DNA of 64,000 nucleotides from a bacterium (GTDB taxonomy: Bacteria; SAR324; NAC60-12): contig OZ242383.1 in the NCBI GenBank assembly GCA_965209155.1, positions 3,936,001 through 4,000,000 of the forward strand. The letters are read 5' to 3'. The notes under the pieces are model-generated. The model was not told the DNA's origin. It did not search any database and was given only the letters and a program-made list of their open reading frames with translations. Below are positions 1-8,467 of the stretch, in pieces. The position numbers and the translations under genes are program-made. Each line of letters starts with the position of its first letter. Position 1 is the first letter of the stretch.

Positions 1-119
1 AGCAAGACGATCATTCCGCAGGCCGTCCCCAAGGGCTTCTCCCTGAGAAGCCTGATGAAAAAATCAGCCGACCGACCCCGTCGCTTGGGCTCATGGATGG
101 GGGAGGGGTTCTCACTCAT
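1..119 (-). CDS. Peptide/nickel ABC transporter permease DppC/OppC-like, unit 1 (5' part only, runs off window edge)
   Basis: Reads MSENPSPIHEPKRRGRSADFFIRLLREKPLGTACGMIVL, closely matching the N-termini of the dppC paralogs at 8468-9433 and 31716-32657. The ATG overlaps the end of dppB. Confidence 0.9.
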   Translation of the reverse strand, partial: MSENPSPIHEPKRRGRSADFFIRLLREKPLGTACGMIVL

Positions 120-1125
120 ACCGGACCCTGGGGTCTAAATAAGGATAAATCAGGTCGATCATTAGATTGACCCCAACAACCATGACGGCGAAAACCAGGT
201 TTACTCCTGAGACCATCGGGTAGTCTCTCTGATTGAGTGCCTCCACCATGAGACGACCTAAGCCCGGCAGGTTAAAGATGTTCTCCATGATAACGGAGCC
301 ACCTACCAGCAGAGGCAGCTGCATGCCTATCAGGGTAACTATCGGGATGAGGGCATTTTTGATGGCGTGCCGGATCACCACGATCCGCTCCTTAAGGCCC
401 TTGGACCAGGCCGTCCTGATGTAGTCCTGCCTGAGCACCTCCAGCATCATGGTGCGGGTCATCCGCATTGTGCTGGCTGAAAGGGCCGTCCCCAGAATCA
501 CGCTGGGAATGAGAAACATCTCCAGATTCCCCAGCGGGTCTTCCGTGAAGTGTATCATTTCCATCGGTGGCGACCAGCCCCACCAGATTGCCGGGTATAT
601 CATGACCATAATTCCCAGCCAGAAGTTAGGCGTTGCCATGCCGATGACGGCCGCGGTGCGCCCCAGGTAGTCGGTGACCGTATCCTGGCGCATCGCCGAG
701 TAGATGCCGACCGGCAGCGCTATGACGAGCCCGATTACGATTGCCATGACACCCAGCTCAATGGTTACCGGCAGTCTACCTATTATCTGCTCCTCTACCG
801 GAAAAGCGCCACCAAACAGTGTATTGCCAAGGGTGCCTTGGAGGAGACCTTTGAAGTGAGACTCACCGGTAACCCAGTCAGGGGTCGACAACACTCCTAG
901 CCAGCGTCCGTACTGTACGTGCACAGGCACGTCTAATCCCATCATACGCTCAAGAGCTTCACGGTCAATCTCCACCAGAACATCACCACCATAGTATTCC
1001 ATCTCAGCCACCATTGCACTTATTATATCGCCCGGGATGAAGCGGACGGAGAGAAAGACCAGGATGGTCAATATAAACACGGTGGGGATTATCAGCAATA
1101 ACCGCCTGATGATATAGGCTCTCAT
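112..1125 (-). CDS. Peptide/nickel ABC transporter permease DppB/OppB-like, unit 1
   Basis: MRAYIIRRLL start with GAGG RBS; EAA-type loop QDYIRTAWSKGL; C-terminal YLDPRVRYE. Confidence 0.95.
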   Translation of the reverse strand: MRAYIIRRLLLIIPTVFILTILVFLSVRFIPGDIISAMVAEMEYYGGDVLVEIDREALERMMGLDVPVHVQYGRWLGVLSTPDWVTGESHFKGLLQGTLGNTLFGGAFPVEEQIIGRLPVTIELGVMAIVIGLVIALPVGIYSAMRQDTVTDYLGRTAAVIGMATPNFWLGIMVMIYPAIWWGWSPPMEMIHFTEDPLGNLEMFLIPSVILGTALSASTMRMTRTMMLEVLRQDYIRTAWSKGLKERIVVIRHAIKNALIPIVTLIGMQLPLLVGGSVIMENIFNLPGLGRLMVEALNQRDYPMVSGVNLVFAVMVVGVNLMIDLIYPYLDPRVRYE

Positions 1126-1147
1126 GTGATACACCTCATTTCGATTT

Positions 1148-1443
1148 CCCCCGTCATTGCGGTGAAAACCGCAATCCACTTAGACCACCCCTTTGCCCGG
1201 CTCGCGCGGCACTCTCTAAGGTGCGAATGACCCCTGCCAGGAAACTGGCCTCTCACCGTTTTGGGGAGTCCAGAGGGGTGAAACCCCTCTGAAACGGGGA
1301 GAATCAAGGGTGTGTTCCCCTTGATTCTCCCCGTCATTCCGCCGAAAGGCGGAATCCACTTAGACAATCCCGTTGCCCTAACAGATTGCTTCGTCGCTGC
1401 CGCTCCTCGCAATGACAGTATGAAAGCGCGCCTCGCAATGACA
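1148..1443. repeat. Cluster of REP/RPE-like palindromic elements between dppA1 and dppB1
   Basis: GTCATTGCGGTGAAAACCGCAATCCA and GTCATTCCGCCGAAAGGCGGAATCCA hairpins; GATTGCTTCGTCGCTGCCGCTCCTCGCAATGAC; AGAGGGGTGAAACCCCTCTG. Confidence 0.75.
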
Positions 1444-1537
1444 TCGTGTGTGGGAGCTGGGAAGCCTGAGCCCCTGCGCCAAGGCCCCCGATTCCATTTT
1501 TCCCTGAGCTAAGCCACAAGGGGTGAAAACCCACTCA

Positions 1538-3412
1538 CTAATAACCCATTGATTCCTTTAGCTCACTATCAATCCAGAGGCGGGAGAAAGTAACATGTGT
1601 TTGCCTGCTTCCCATGCTGGCTTCGCCGTTAAGACCTATCACCCACGGCTGGTGCACGAAAAAACTCGGACCCGCAGGCCCCCAGAGTTGCCAGTGCTGT
1701 TCTATCACCCGCATGTCCATATCTTTAATCAGCCCCTTCAGCTCCTCCGTGGTGGTAGCCTCTTGGCCGGCTTCATACCAGGCGTCATATTGCGCATCGC
1801 GGACAACGTTCCTAGCATAGCCACTCCAAAATTTACCCGATACACTAAGTGGAGGACCCTTTTTGCCCCCTACTGTCGAACTCATACCATAATCTCCACT
1901 CATCTCTCTACCGTCATATCCCGCAGGCTCCTCTACCACAATATCCAATTCAACGCCAATCTCACGCCAGTATGAGGCCTGTAATTCTGTAAAGCTCAAA
2001 TCATAGTTCACGAAGTGATTGAACAAGGTCTTGAATCTAATGCCATCCGGGCCGCGCGGATACCCAGCCTCATCAAGGAGCTTCTCGGCCCCTGCCACGT
2101 CATAGGTATAGTATCCCTTGAGCACTTCGGACCACTCTTCAAATGGGACGGTATACCCCGCAGCGGCTAATTCCCTGCCTACATACCCCTGAGGTATCCA
2201 ATCTGCATAACCCTTATAGTAGGTATCGTTCATTGTCTTGAGGTCCAGTGCCATCTGCATTGCGTGGCGCACCCGGATGTCGTCAAAGGGCGGCTTGCTC
2301 ACGTTAAGCAAAACACTAGTATTCGACCGTTCTGCCCACGGGATGATCACGAGTTCGGGGTTGGTCCGCCTGAGGCTCTCTGCTTCGTCTAGAGAGGTTA
2401 GGTAAGTGGAGCCCTGGGCACCAATGAAATCGATCTTAGCCGTGCGCAGTCCCGCCATTATTGTTGCCGTTTCCGTGATAACAAGGGCCTTTAACTCGTC
2501 AATATAGGGCAAGCGGTTCTCCGGGTATTTTTCGTCGTAGCCCCAGTAGTTGGGATTCTTGGTCCAGGTTATAGAGGTGCCCGGAACGGAGTCAGTCAGC
2601 TCAAAAGGCCCGGTGCCGACCACATTCCTCCAATCCTTCATGTCCCCGTATTCCTCGATCACCTCGGGGGGCTGTATAACCATACCAGCATAGTCCAAGA
2701 TATAGTTCAGGGCCGCGAGTCTTAGCTCCTTCAGCTTCATAACAACCGTATATTTGTCGGTGGCCGTTACCGATTCCCAAGGTAAAGCTACGAGGACAGT
2801 TGCAGCTGGGGAAGGTTCGGCTTCACTGAACTGGGTCCCTGTCAATTTATTTCCCAACATGCGGTGAAAGGTATGTTTTACATCCTGGGCAGTTAGCTCC
2901 CGACCGTTCATCGGCGCCTTATCATGCCAGTGAACGCCCTGGCGGATTTGGAAGACATACGTTAGTGGGTCGGGCTGTTCCCAGCTTTCAGCCAGCGCCC
3001 CCTTTAGGGCAGATACAGGCGCCATACCGCGGTCGATAAAAGGCCACATGTCCCTATCTATTGCCCAGTCCGCGATGCTTAATTTTTCTAGAACGCCACT
3101 GGTGAAATACCATAACGCATTTACGTGAAACCAGGCGTCAGCACCAACATTGCTGACGTCGTATTTCAGGGTGTTGGTTAATGTCCCGCCCCACTCTGGC
3201 GCAGAGTACACCTTGCCCGTCACGGGGTCTGTTACATACTTCTTCTCAGCCGCCGCCGGGCAAGTCCAAAGAACGATCAGACCCAGGATGAGGGTAAGCA
3301 GGATTGCACTGAAGGTTGATTTGCTTTTTTGTAGATTCATTTGATTCCTTTCTGCTTTTTGATTAAAAAGCCAAGATGAAAGGTTGTTTAGAATAGCGAT
3401 TTTCGATTTCAT
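1538..3412 (-). CDS. ABC transporter substrate-binding protein, family 5 (DppA/OppA-like), unit 1
   Basis: LAESW, F.IRQGV.WH, VGTGPF and PPFDDIRVR motifs; signal peptide. Start 3412 has an AGGAG RBS; an alternative in-frame start lies at 3340. Confidence 0.93.
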   Translation of the reverse strand: MKSKIAILNNLSSWLFNQKAERNQMNLQKSKSTFSAILLTLILGLIVLWTCPAAAEKKYVTDPVTGKVYSAPEWGGTLTNTLKYDVSNVGADAWFHVNALWYFTSGVLEKLSIADWAIDRDMWPFIDRGMAPVSALKGALAESWEQPDPLTYVFQIRQGVHWHDKAPMNGRELTAQDVKHTFHRMLGNKLTGTQFSEAEPSPAATVLVALPWESVTATDKYTVVMKLKELRLAALNYILDYAGMVIQPPEVIEEYGDMKDWRNVVGTGPFELTDSVPGTSITWTKNPNYWGYDEKYPENRLPYIDELKALVITETATIMAGLRTAKIDFIGAQGSTYLTSLDEAESLRRTNPELVIIPWAERSNTSVLLNVSKPPFDDIRVRHAMQMALDLKTMNDTYYKGYADWIPQGYVGRELAAAGYTVPFEEWSEVLKGYYTYDVAGAEKLLDEAGYPRGPDGIRFKTLFNHFVNYDLSFTELQASYWREIGVELDIVVEEPAGYDGREMSGDYGMSSTVGGKKGPPLSVSGKFWSGYARNVVRDAQYDAWYEAGQEATTTEELKGLIKDMDMRVIEQHWQLWGPAGPSFFVHQPWVIGLNGEASMGSRQTHVTFSRLWIDSELKESMGY

Positions 3413-3796
3413 AAAATTCTCCTTAAAAAAATAAATGACGTAACTATTGTTAACGCCACTGTAAAACTTAACCAAGTGTGGCGACTTGAATGATAGCCAA
3501 TAGTTAGCGGATGTTTTTTTACTACTTTTTACTTTGCCTCGTTTTTTCTTCTATTGATTTACTTTCCAATCAATAAATTTTGTTTTCCTCTCCATTTTCT
3601 TTCTCATGCTTGTTCTTCCTTCCTCTGAGAGCTGAATCCAACATGGAGCGAGCCATGGTGTAAGAAGTTGTTTTACCTGTTCATTTTTCTTCTTCATTTG
3701 AGTGGGAGGCAGTGATTTCTTTGATACTTTGAGTCAAATTCCTGTAAGACAAGTTTTTCTTGAAGGAAGCCCCTCAAAGTATCAACGGGAGATCCT

Positions 3797-4327
3797 ATGC
3801 AAAAAGGTAGATGCATCAACTGCCACCAGTTTTTCCTCCGCCGCCCTCAAAACAAGGAGCAAAGTTACTGCAGCCTGAAGAGGTGTCAGCGTGCGCGCAA
3901 GACGAATTGGGAGCGTAAAAAGTTAGCCAGCGATCCAGACTATCAACAGAACCGAAAAGCTAGTCAGAAGGCTTGGCAAGAAAGCCACCGCGATTATTGG
4001 AAAGTCTATCGAGAAAAACATCCAGTTCAGGCTGAGCGCAATCGAAAACTTCAGTTGATCCGCAATGCCAAACAGCGGGGGTATATTGTGGAAAAACTCT
4101 CGATGAATACCAATCCTTCCATCTCTCCGCTCAGATCAAAGCCCTTCTCGCTCTCATCAGTGCCGATTGCAAAGACGGACGCGTCCATCCCTTATCAATT
4201 CTGCCTTATCGCCTCCTCCGATGAGGATTTGATTGCAAAGATGGACGCGTCAAATTCCTCCCCTGCCCAGATTTTTAAGGCTTTTGTTGAGCTTCCTTTG
4301 ATTGCAAAGATGGACCCGTTAACCTAA
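3797..4327 (+). CDS. Hypothetical Cys-rich basic protein carried by the IS21-like element
   Basis: CxxC...YCSxxxC putative Zn finger; basic helical region; three IAK(M/T)D repeats at the C-terminus; GGAG RBS. Confidence 0.75.
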   Translation: MQKGRCINCHQFFLRRPQNKEQSYCSLKRCQRARKTNWERKKLASDPDYQQNRKASQKAWQESHRDYWKVYREKHPVQAERNRKLQLIRNAKQRGYIVEKLSMNTNPSISPLRSKPFSLSSVPIAKTDASIPYQFCLIASSDEDLIAKMDASNSSPAQIFKAFVELPLIAKMDPLT

Positions 4328-4374
4328 AAGAACCTTGAGATATCAACAACTTATCCGTGATTGCAAAGAAGGAC
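4165..4374 (+). repeat. Four spaced direct repeats GATTGCAAAGA(C/T/A)GGAC
   Basis: Copies start at 4165, 4231, 4300 and 4359 (periods 66, 69, 59 bp) with unrelated spacers. Confidence 0.92.
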
Positions 4375-4451
4375 TTTATTGCCACCACCCTTCAGCTGAG
4401 TTAAAAAAGATGAAAACCTTGTTAACCATCCATCCAAAAGAAGGAGCTGTG

Positions 4452-4841
4452 ATGAGAAAGCAGTTGATTATGAAAAGCAGACGACGGGTGATCGAGGGAA
4501 GTTTTAGCTTCATTCCTCACCGATTTTTGAGGGAGGGCTTTTTTGAATGCCTGCGATCTGAGGAATTGATCTTATATTTTTTTTATGTGATGGCCGCGGA
4601 TGCTCAAGGACTTTCCTACTACAGTCCCAAGACCATCACTCAACTGCTGAAAATGAAGAGGGATGTCTATCAACAGGCTTTGAGTGGTTTATTGCAAATG
4701 GATCTGATCGCCACAGAAGAGACCTTAGTGCAGGTCCTTCACTTGTCCCTGTCTCCACTAAGAAGATCCCCCTCACCCCGCATTCGCTGGCCGAATAGGA
4801 TGCCCTCGTCCTGCAGAGAAAGAAGGGGGAGAGATGAGTGA
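4452..4841 (+). CDS. Putative winged-helix DNA-binding protein in the IS21-like element
   Basis: AAGGAG RBS; pattern LYFFYVMAADAQGLSYYS...TITQLLKM...ALSGLLQMDLI resembles wHTH domains; the 3' end overlaps istB. Confidence 0.65.
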   Translation: MRKQLIMKSRRRVIEGSFSFIPHRFLREGFFECLRSEELILYFFYVMAADAQGLSYYSPKTITQLLKMKRDVYQQALSGLLQMDLIATEETLVQVLHLSLSPLRRSPSPRIRWPNRMPSSCRERRGRDE

Positions 4842-5742
4842 AAAAATAAAAAAACAATGTCAGAGCCTCCATCTCAGTGGCCTTTGCCAGCATTTTGAAG
4901 CGATTTTTAAAACTGCCTCGCAAAAAAACTGGACTCATCATCAATTGCTCGAGAGCTTGTTTGATCTCGAACTGGACCATCGTCTCCATAAGCGCATTCA
5001 ATTGCGCTTGAAGCAAGCCAAATTGCCCGCCACTCTCACCATCGAGAGCTTTGATTTTGCCCACCACCCCTCTCGAAAAAAGAACAAAGGCAGAATTTTA
5101 CAATTGATGCAATTGGACTTTATCAAAAATAGCGAGGATGTTATCCTGATTGGCAATCCAGGAGTGGGAAAGACCCACTTGGCTCTATGCCTGGCATACG
5201 AGGCCACTCAGAACGCCATGCGCACTTTATTTACCACAGCAACCGACATGATTAACCATTTGATTGCTGCCGAATCGGACCATTCCCTGGTCAAAAAACT
5301 CAGCCATTACACCGAACCGGACCTCCTCCTCTGCGATGAGATCGGTTATCTGCCACTGGATCAACAAGGAAGCAGCCTCTTTTTCCAGGTCATTAGTCGC
5401 AGGCATCAGAGAAAATCAACCTTTCTCACCACAAACCTGCCTTTTGCCCAATGGGGGAATCTCTTTGATTCGACCACTGTGGCCACTGCCATTGCAGATC
5501 GACTGGTAATGAATTCGGAGGTTATCATTTTAGAAGGAGAAAGCTATCGTAGAAATAAAAGAAAAAAGGCATATAGCCCCTTCCATCCGCTGTTTAAAAG
5601 GTATGAGGCCACATCACATCCCTACTTCTTGTCGCTCAATACCCAACCTATAGCTCTGCCCACTTACCTACGTGGTAAACTTCCAAATTGCCGTTTTTGG
5701 TATACTTTACCAATGCCATCAACAAACTATTCAGGTCTCTGA
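4834..5742 (+). CDS. istB: IS21-family helper ATPase IstB (C-terminus reads through the right end of the element)
   Basis: Walker A GNPGVGKT, Walker B LLLCDEIGY, TTNLPF.QW, AIADRL, GESYR motifs. Confidence 0.93.
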   Translation: MSEKIKKQCQSLHLSGLCQHFEAIFKTASQKNWTHHQLLESLFDLELDHRLHKRIQLRLKQAKLPATLTIESFDFAHHPSRKKNKGRILQLMQLDFIKNSEDVILIGNPGVGKTHLALCLAYEATQNAMRTLFTTATDMINHLIAAESDHSLVKKLSHYTEPDLLLCDEIGYLPLDQQGSSLFFQVISRRHQRKSTFLTTNLPFAQWGNLFDSTTVATAIADRLVMNSEVIILEGESYRRNKRKKAYSPFHPLFKRYEATSHPYFLSLNTQPIALPTYLRGKLPNCRFWYTLPMPSTNYSGL

Positions 5743-5850
5743 AAAACCCGTTCAGTTAAATATAGTAACTATTCAGGTCTCTGAAAAACCCGTTTAGCTA
5801 AATATCATGTAACTATTCAGGTCTCTGAAAAACCCGTTCAGTTAAATATC
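5725..5850. repeat. Tandem triplication of a 42-44 bp hairpin unit
   Basis: AACTATTCAGGTCTCTGAAAAACCCGTT(C/T)AG(T/C)TAAATAT at 5725, 5767 and 5811; single copy at the homologous sites ~22898 and ~35487. Confidence 0.95.
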
Positions 5851-6065
5851 ATTAAAAAGATTCCCGGAGAGGAGCGATCGTTTTCAAGTCCTCGCACGAT
5901 ATGGTTCCATCAATCGGGAACCCTCTCTTTCACTAAAACAACTTAGTGAAGGTATGATTTTGGCAATATATATATATTTAGCTAAATGTCAACCCCCCCC
6001 AAAAAAAAATGCAGGATTCGTAAAAAAAAATTAAAAATCTATCAATCAAGGAGATCCGCTTCTTT
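5809..6065 (-). promoter_or_regulatory. Shared dppA upstream module, copy separated from dppA1 by the IS21-like element
   Basis: Near-identical to 22896-23140 and 35485-35738; minus-strand TTGACA, (AT)n tract and hairpins. Confidence 0.8.
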
Positions 6066-6163
6066 TAACTTGATTTAAATCATCGGATTTAATAGAGATT
6101 TTAGTGCTAGTATTTGTTTAAAAGCGACCTTTTTAATTTTCCTAAATAAACCTTGAGGTTAAT

Positions 6164-6331
6164 ATGAGTAGAGAGTATCCATCTTCAGAAAAGACTGTCC
6201 TGGTGGATTATGGAACCGACGAATCAGCCATGGTTCGTTTCCGAGAGGAGGGCACCTGACGTGCTTTAGCACTCGACAACCGAGGTACGATCCGTTTTAA
6301 TGAAGAAGGGGATCAAGCAAGCCTGCAATAA
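6164..6331 (+). pseudogene. 5' gene fragment resembling a phytanoyl-CoA dioxygenase-family N-terminus
   Basis: GAGG RBS; MSREYP...DYGTDESAMVRFREEGT*RALALDNRGTIRFNEEG with an in-frame TGA; family recalled from motif only. Confidence 0.5.
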
Positions 6332-6358
6332 ACAGTGATCAATATAAAAGGAATAATC

Positions 6359-6499
6359 ATGGCAGAAGAAATTGTGGATTTCCTAATCATTGGTTCAGGG
6401 CCGTCTGGAGCCGCTGCTACTTGGAGCTTGGCGGATACAGGCGCGCGCATCATGCGCATGGAACAGGGTGATTTTATGAAACAGGCGGACAGTTTCTAA
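6359..6499 (+). pseudogene. 5' fragment of an FAD-dependent (GMC-like) oxidoreductase
   Basis: AGGA RBS; VDFLIIGSGPSGAAATWSLADTGARIMRMEQG is a Rossmann GxGxxG beta-alpha-beta unit; truncated where the GGACAG element starts. Confidence 0.75.
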
Positions 6500-6599
6500 A
6501 AATGATGAAATCGGGCGCTAGACCAGGGAACATGTTTGGCATGGGAGCAGAATATTTTCATTGCGAATAATTGGCAACTGTCCCTGTATTTTTTAAGAG
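6487..6599. repeat. ~100-bp GGGACAG...CTGTCCC MITE-like element, copy A
   Basis: Direct-repeat homolog of 8281-8393. Confidence 0.8.
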
Positions 6600-6847
6600 A
6601 GAGGGGGGTTTGGGGATGGCCTGTCAAGCAGTTTGAACAACAAGAATTTAGGACTGCGCATCTTCCAATTCTCAATGAACACCAAAAAGATAGGGTATGG
6701 AAAAAAACTATAAAAGAGGAACTGGATCAAACAAACATTTTCTTGAAAATTTTGAAGCAACAGTATATCGAGGCGAACAAAGAAATCAACGAGAGCCTTA
6801 ACCCTGCGTTTTAACTTCGGGACGAGAGTTTAATGAGTTGTTTTATT

Positions 6848-7108
6848 TTAAACTTGGCCTCTATAGAGATCCATCGTTGGAAAACATAGTTCGTAATCAT
6901 TCCAATCAAGATTTCCCTCAATAATAGAAAAATTCTTAAATTCCTCTACATTCAAGTATTTTCGTATATCCGGATGTTTTGATTTTTTAAGAAAAGGCTC
7001 AAAATCGACGATTTGTTCTTTTCCATTACTAAATATTATTTTGAGTTTGTATTTTTCAAGATAGTCGACTTCAAGAATATCAATGATTTGATCCATTATC
7101 TCTGTCAT
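6848..7108 (-). CDS. DUF2442-like protein (putative TA component)
   Basis: Y.L.I.FSNG....VDF...L...F..F.I..G.L.W...E.CFP pattern; ATGA-coupled to the upstream DUF4160-like gene. Confidence 0.8.
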   Translation of the reverse strand: MTEIMDQIIDILEVDYLEKYKLKIIFSNGKEQIVDFEPFLKKSKHPDIRKYLNVEEFKNFSIIEGNLDWNDYELCFPTMDLYRGQV

Positions 7109-7410
7109 CTAATCCTCCTCGTAATTCGTTCAGGGGCTATTTTTCGATTGTATACAAAATAATCTACCCATCTTTGGATAATCTCCTCAGCATAATGTTC
7201 GACAAAGGTTCCGAAATCAGAGAATTGAGAAGATTCTAATGGTTTCTTACCAGGAACCGTTGTAATTCGTATTTCGATAACTTCTCCTTCCTCAACTAGA
7301 ATTTCTGCTTTACTTTCTTTTCCTTGATGGCGTCCATGGACGTGAATTGGTCCGTGTTCATTAGAATAAAAGAAGATAGTGATTCCAAAATACTCATACA
7401 GTTTGGGCAT
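7105..7410 (-). CDS. DUF4160-like protein (putative TA component)
   Basis: MPKL..YFGI.I.FYSNEH.PIHVH motif. Confidence 0.82.
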   Translation of the reverse strand: MPKLYEYFGITIFFYSNEHGPIHVHGRHQGKESKAEILVEEGEVIEIRITTVPGKKPLESSQFSDFGTFVEHYAEEIIQRWVDYFVYNRKIAPERITRRIR

Positions 7411-7481
7411 GTGAACTTCCTATATCCTTTGCGCAGCAGTTTAGGAACAGGCCTTTCTCTGAACTAAGGGAACAAAAGTAT

Positions 7482-8295
7482 CCCTAAGTTGAACGATTTA
7501 TAATAAAAAAAGCTCTCCACCCTTTGAAAAAAGTGTGATATTTCAATGGGTAAAACCTAAAATATCCACAGTATCTTACACAACCCAACAGGTAGAGAGC
7601 TTCATGGAGAAAGATACAACCATTCAGGATAAAAAGAAATAGAAAATTGATGCAATTGAACCAAGCGATGAACAATTGACAAGTCTTGCCGGATTGGCCT
7701 TGTTTGCCCAGTATCTGCAAAGCATTCAACTGATGCCGTTCCTGGAGAAGATGTTTGCTTCGATGCGTAAAAACAAAAAAGGGATTGCGGTCACTGATTT
7801 CTTTTTGCAGATGCTTTGTTTTTTCATGGACGGCAGCAGCCGTCGCCTCAGCTGTTCGATCATCTCAAAAGAGACGAGAGTTATGCCGCGTTGCTGGCAT
7901 GCCGTCAGGAAGAGCTTGCCTCCTTGCATGCGGTTAAAAGATTTTTTGCAAAGTTCTCTTTTGTGCAAGTCTACTTCTTTCGTCATCTGCTGCAGAAGCT
8001 GTTCATCTGGAGACTGAGGCAGACTCGTCCCGCGGTGATTGAGTTGGGTTTGGATTCGATGGTACTGGACAATGATGATGCCTTGAAACGCCAGGGATTT
8101 CAGCCGATTTACAAGAAGGTCAGGGGATTTCATCCCCTGCAGATGAATTGGGGTCGTTATCTGGTGGACGCCGTTTTTCGTGGAGGCAGCAAACATTCGA
8201 ATCATGGGAAAACGGCTGAGAAGATGCTGGTTCATGTCGTGAAAAAGATCCGCCGCGATTACCGAGAGGATGGAAAATCCGGGGACAGTTTCTGA
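7482..8295 (+). pseudogene. IS1380-family transposase remnant with probable left end
   Basis: ATG 7604, in-frame TAG at 7640, frameshift near 7850; LTSLAGL, LGLDSMV, YKKVRGFHPL, FRGG.KHS motifs; truncated by the GGGACAG element. Confidence 0.78.
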
Positions 8296-8393
8296 AAATG
8301 CTGAAATCGGGCACTAGACCAGGGAAAATCTTTGGCATGGAAGCAGAATATTTTTATTGCGAATAATTGGTAACTGTCCCTGTATTTTAAGAG
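8281..8393. repeat. ~100-bp GGGACAG...CTGTCCC MITE-like element, copy B
   Basis: Perfect 9-bp terminal IR GGGACAGTT (8282-8290) / AACTGTCCC (8372-8380). Confidence 0.8.
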
Positions 8394-8467
8394 GGTAGAA
8401 GTATACACACGTGGTGATACCGCGTCAATACCAAAATTCCTTCTGTGCTCCTATGATACCGTCTTTG

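Larger units (their letters stand above)
3448..5724 (+). mobile_element. IS21-family-derived element lacking istA (2277 bp)
   Basis: TGT...ACA termini; imperfect IRs TGTTAACGCCACTGTAAAACTTAACCAA vs rc TGTTGATGGCATTGGTAAAGTATACCAA; 6-bp target duplication AACTAT (3442-3447, 5725-5730). The empty site is visible at ~22898. Contains istB. Confidence 0.88.

Noticed and set aside
3413..3475. N-terminal extension of dppA1 in the ORF track
   Set aside because: It reads into the IS left end; paralogs and the RBS place the start at 3412.
4165..4374. CRISPR array
   Set aside because: Repeats are only 16-20 bp, degenerate, partly coding, inside an IS, with no cas genes. Kept as iteron-like repeats instead.
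5725..5850. CRISPR array
   Set aside because: Units are directly tandem with only a few linker bases and no unique spacers.
6266..6274. CIRCE half-site TTAGCACTC
   Set aside because: No partner half at 9-nt spacing; it is simply the L-A-L codons of the gene fragment.
6536..6814. 92-aa ORF and a possible attC left half (GGCGAAC...AATCAAC at 6772)
   Set aside because: The ORF starts inside the MITE-like repeat and has no recognisable motif; no matching right arm for an attC.
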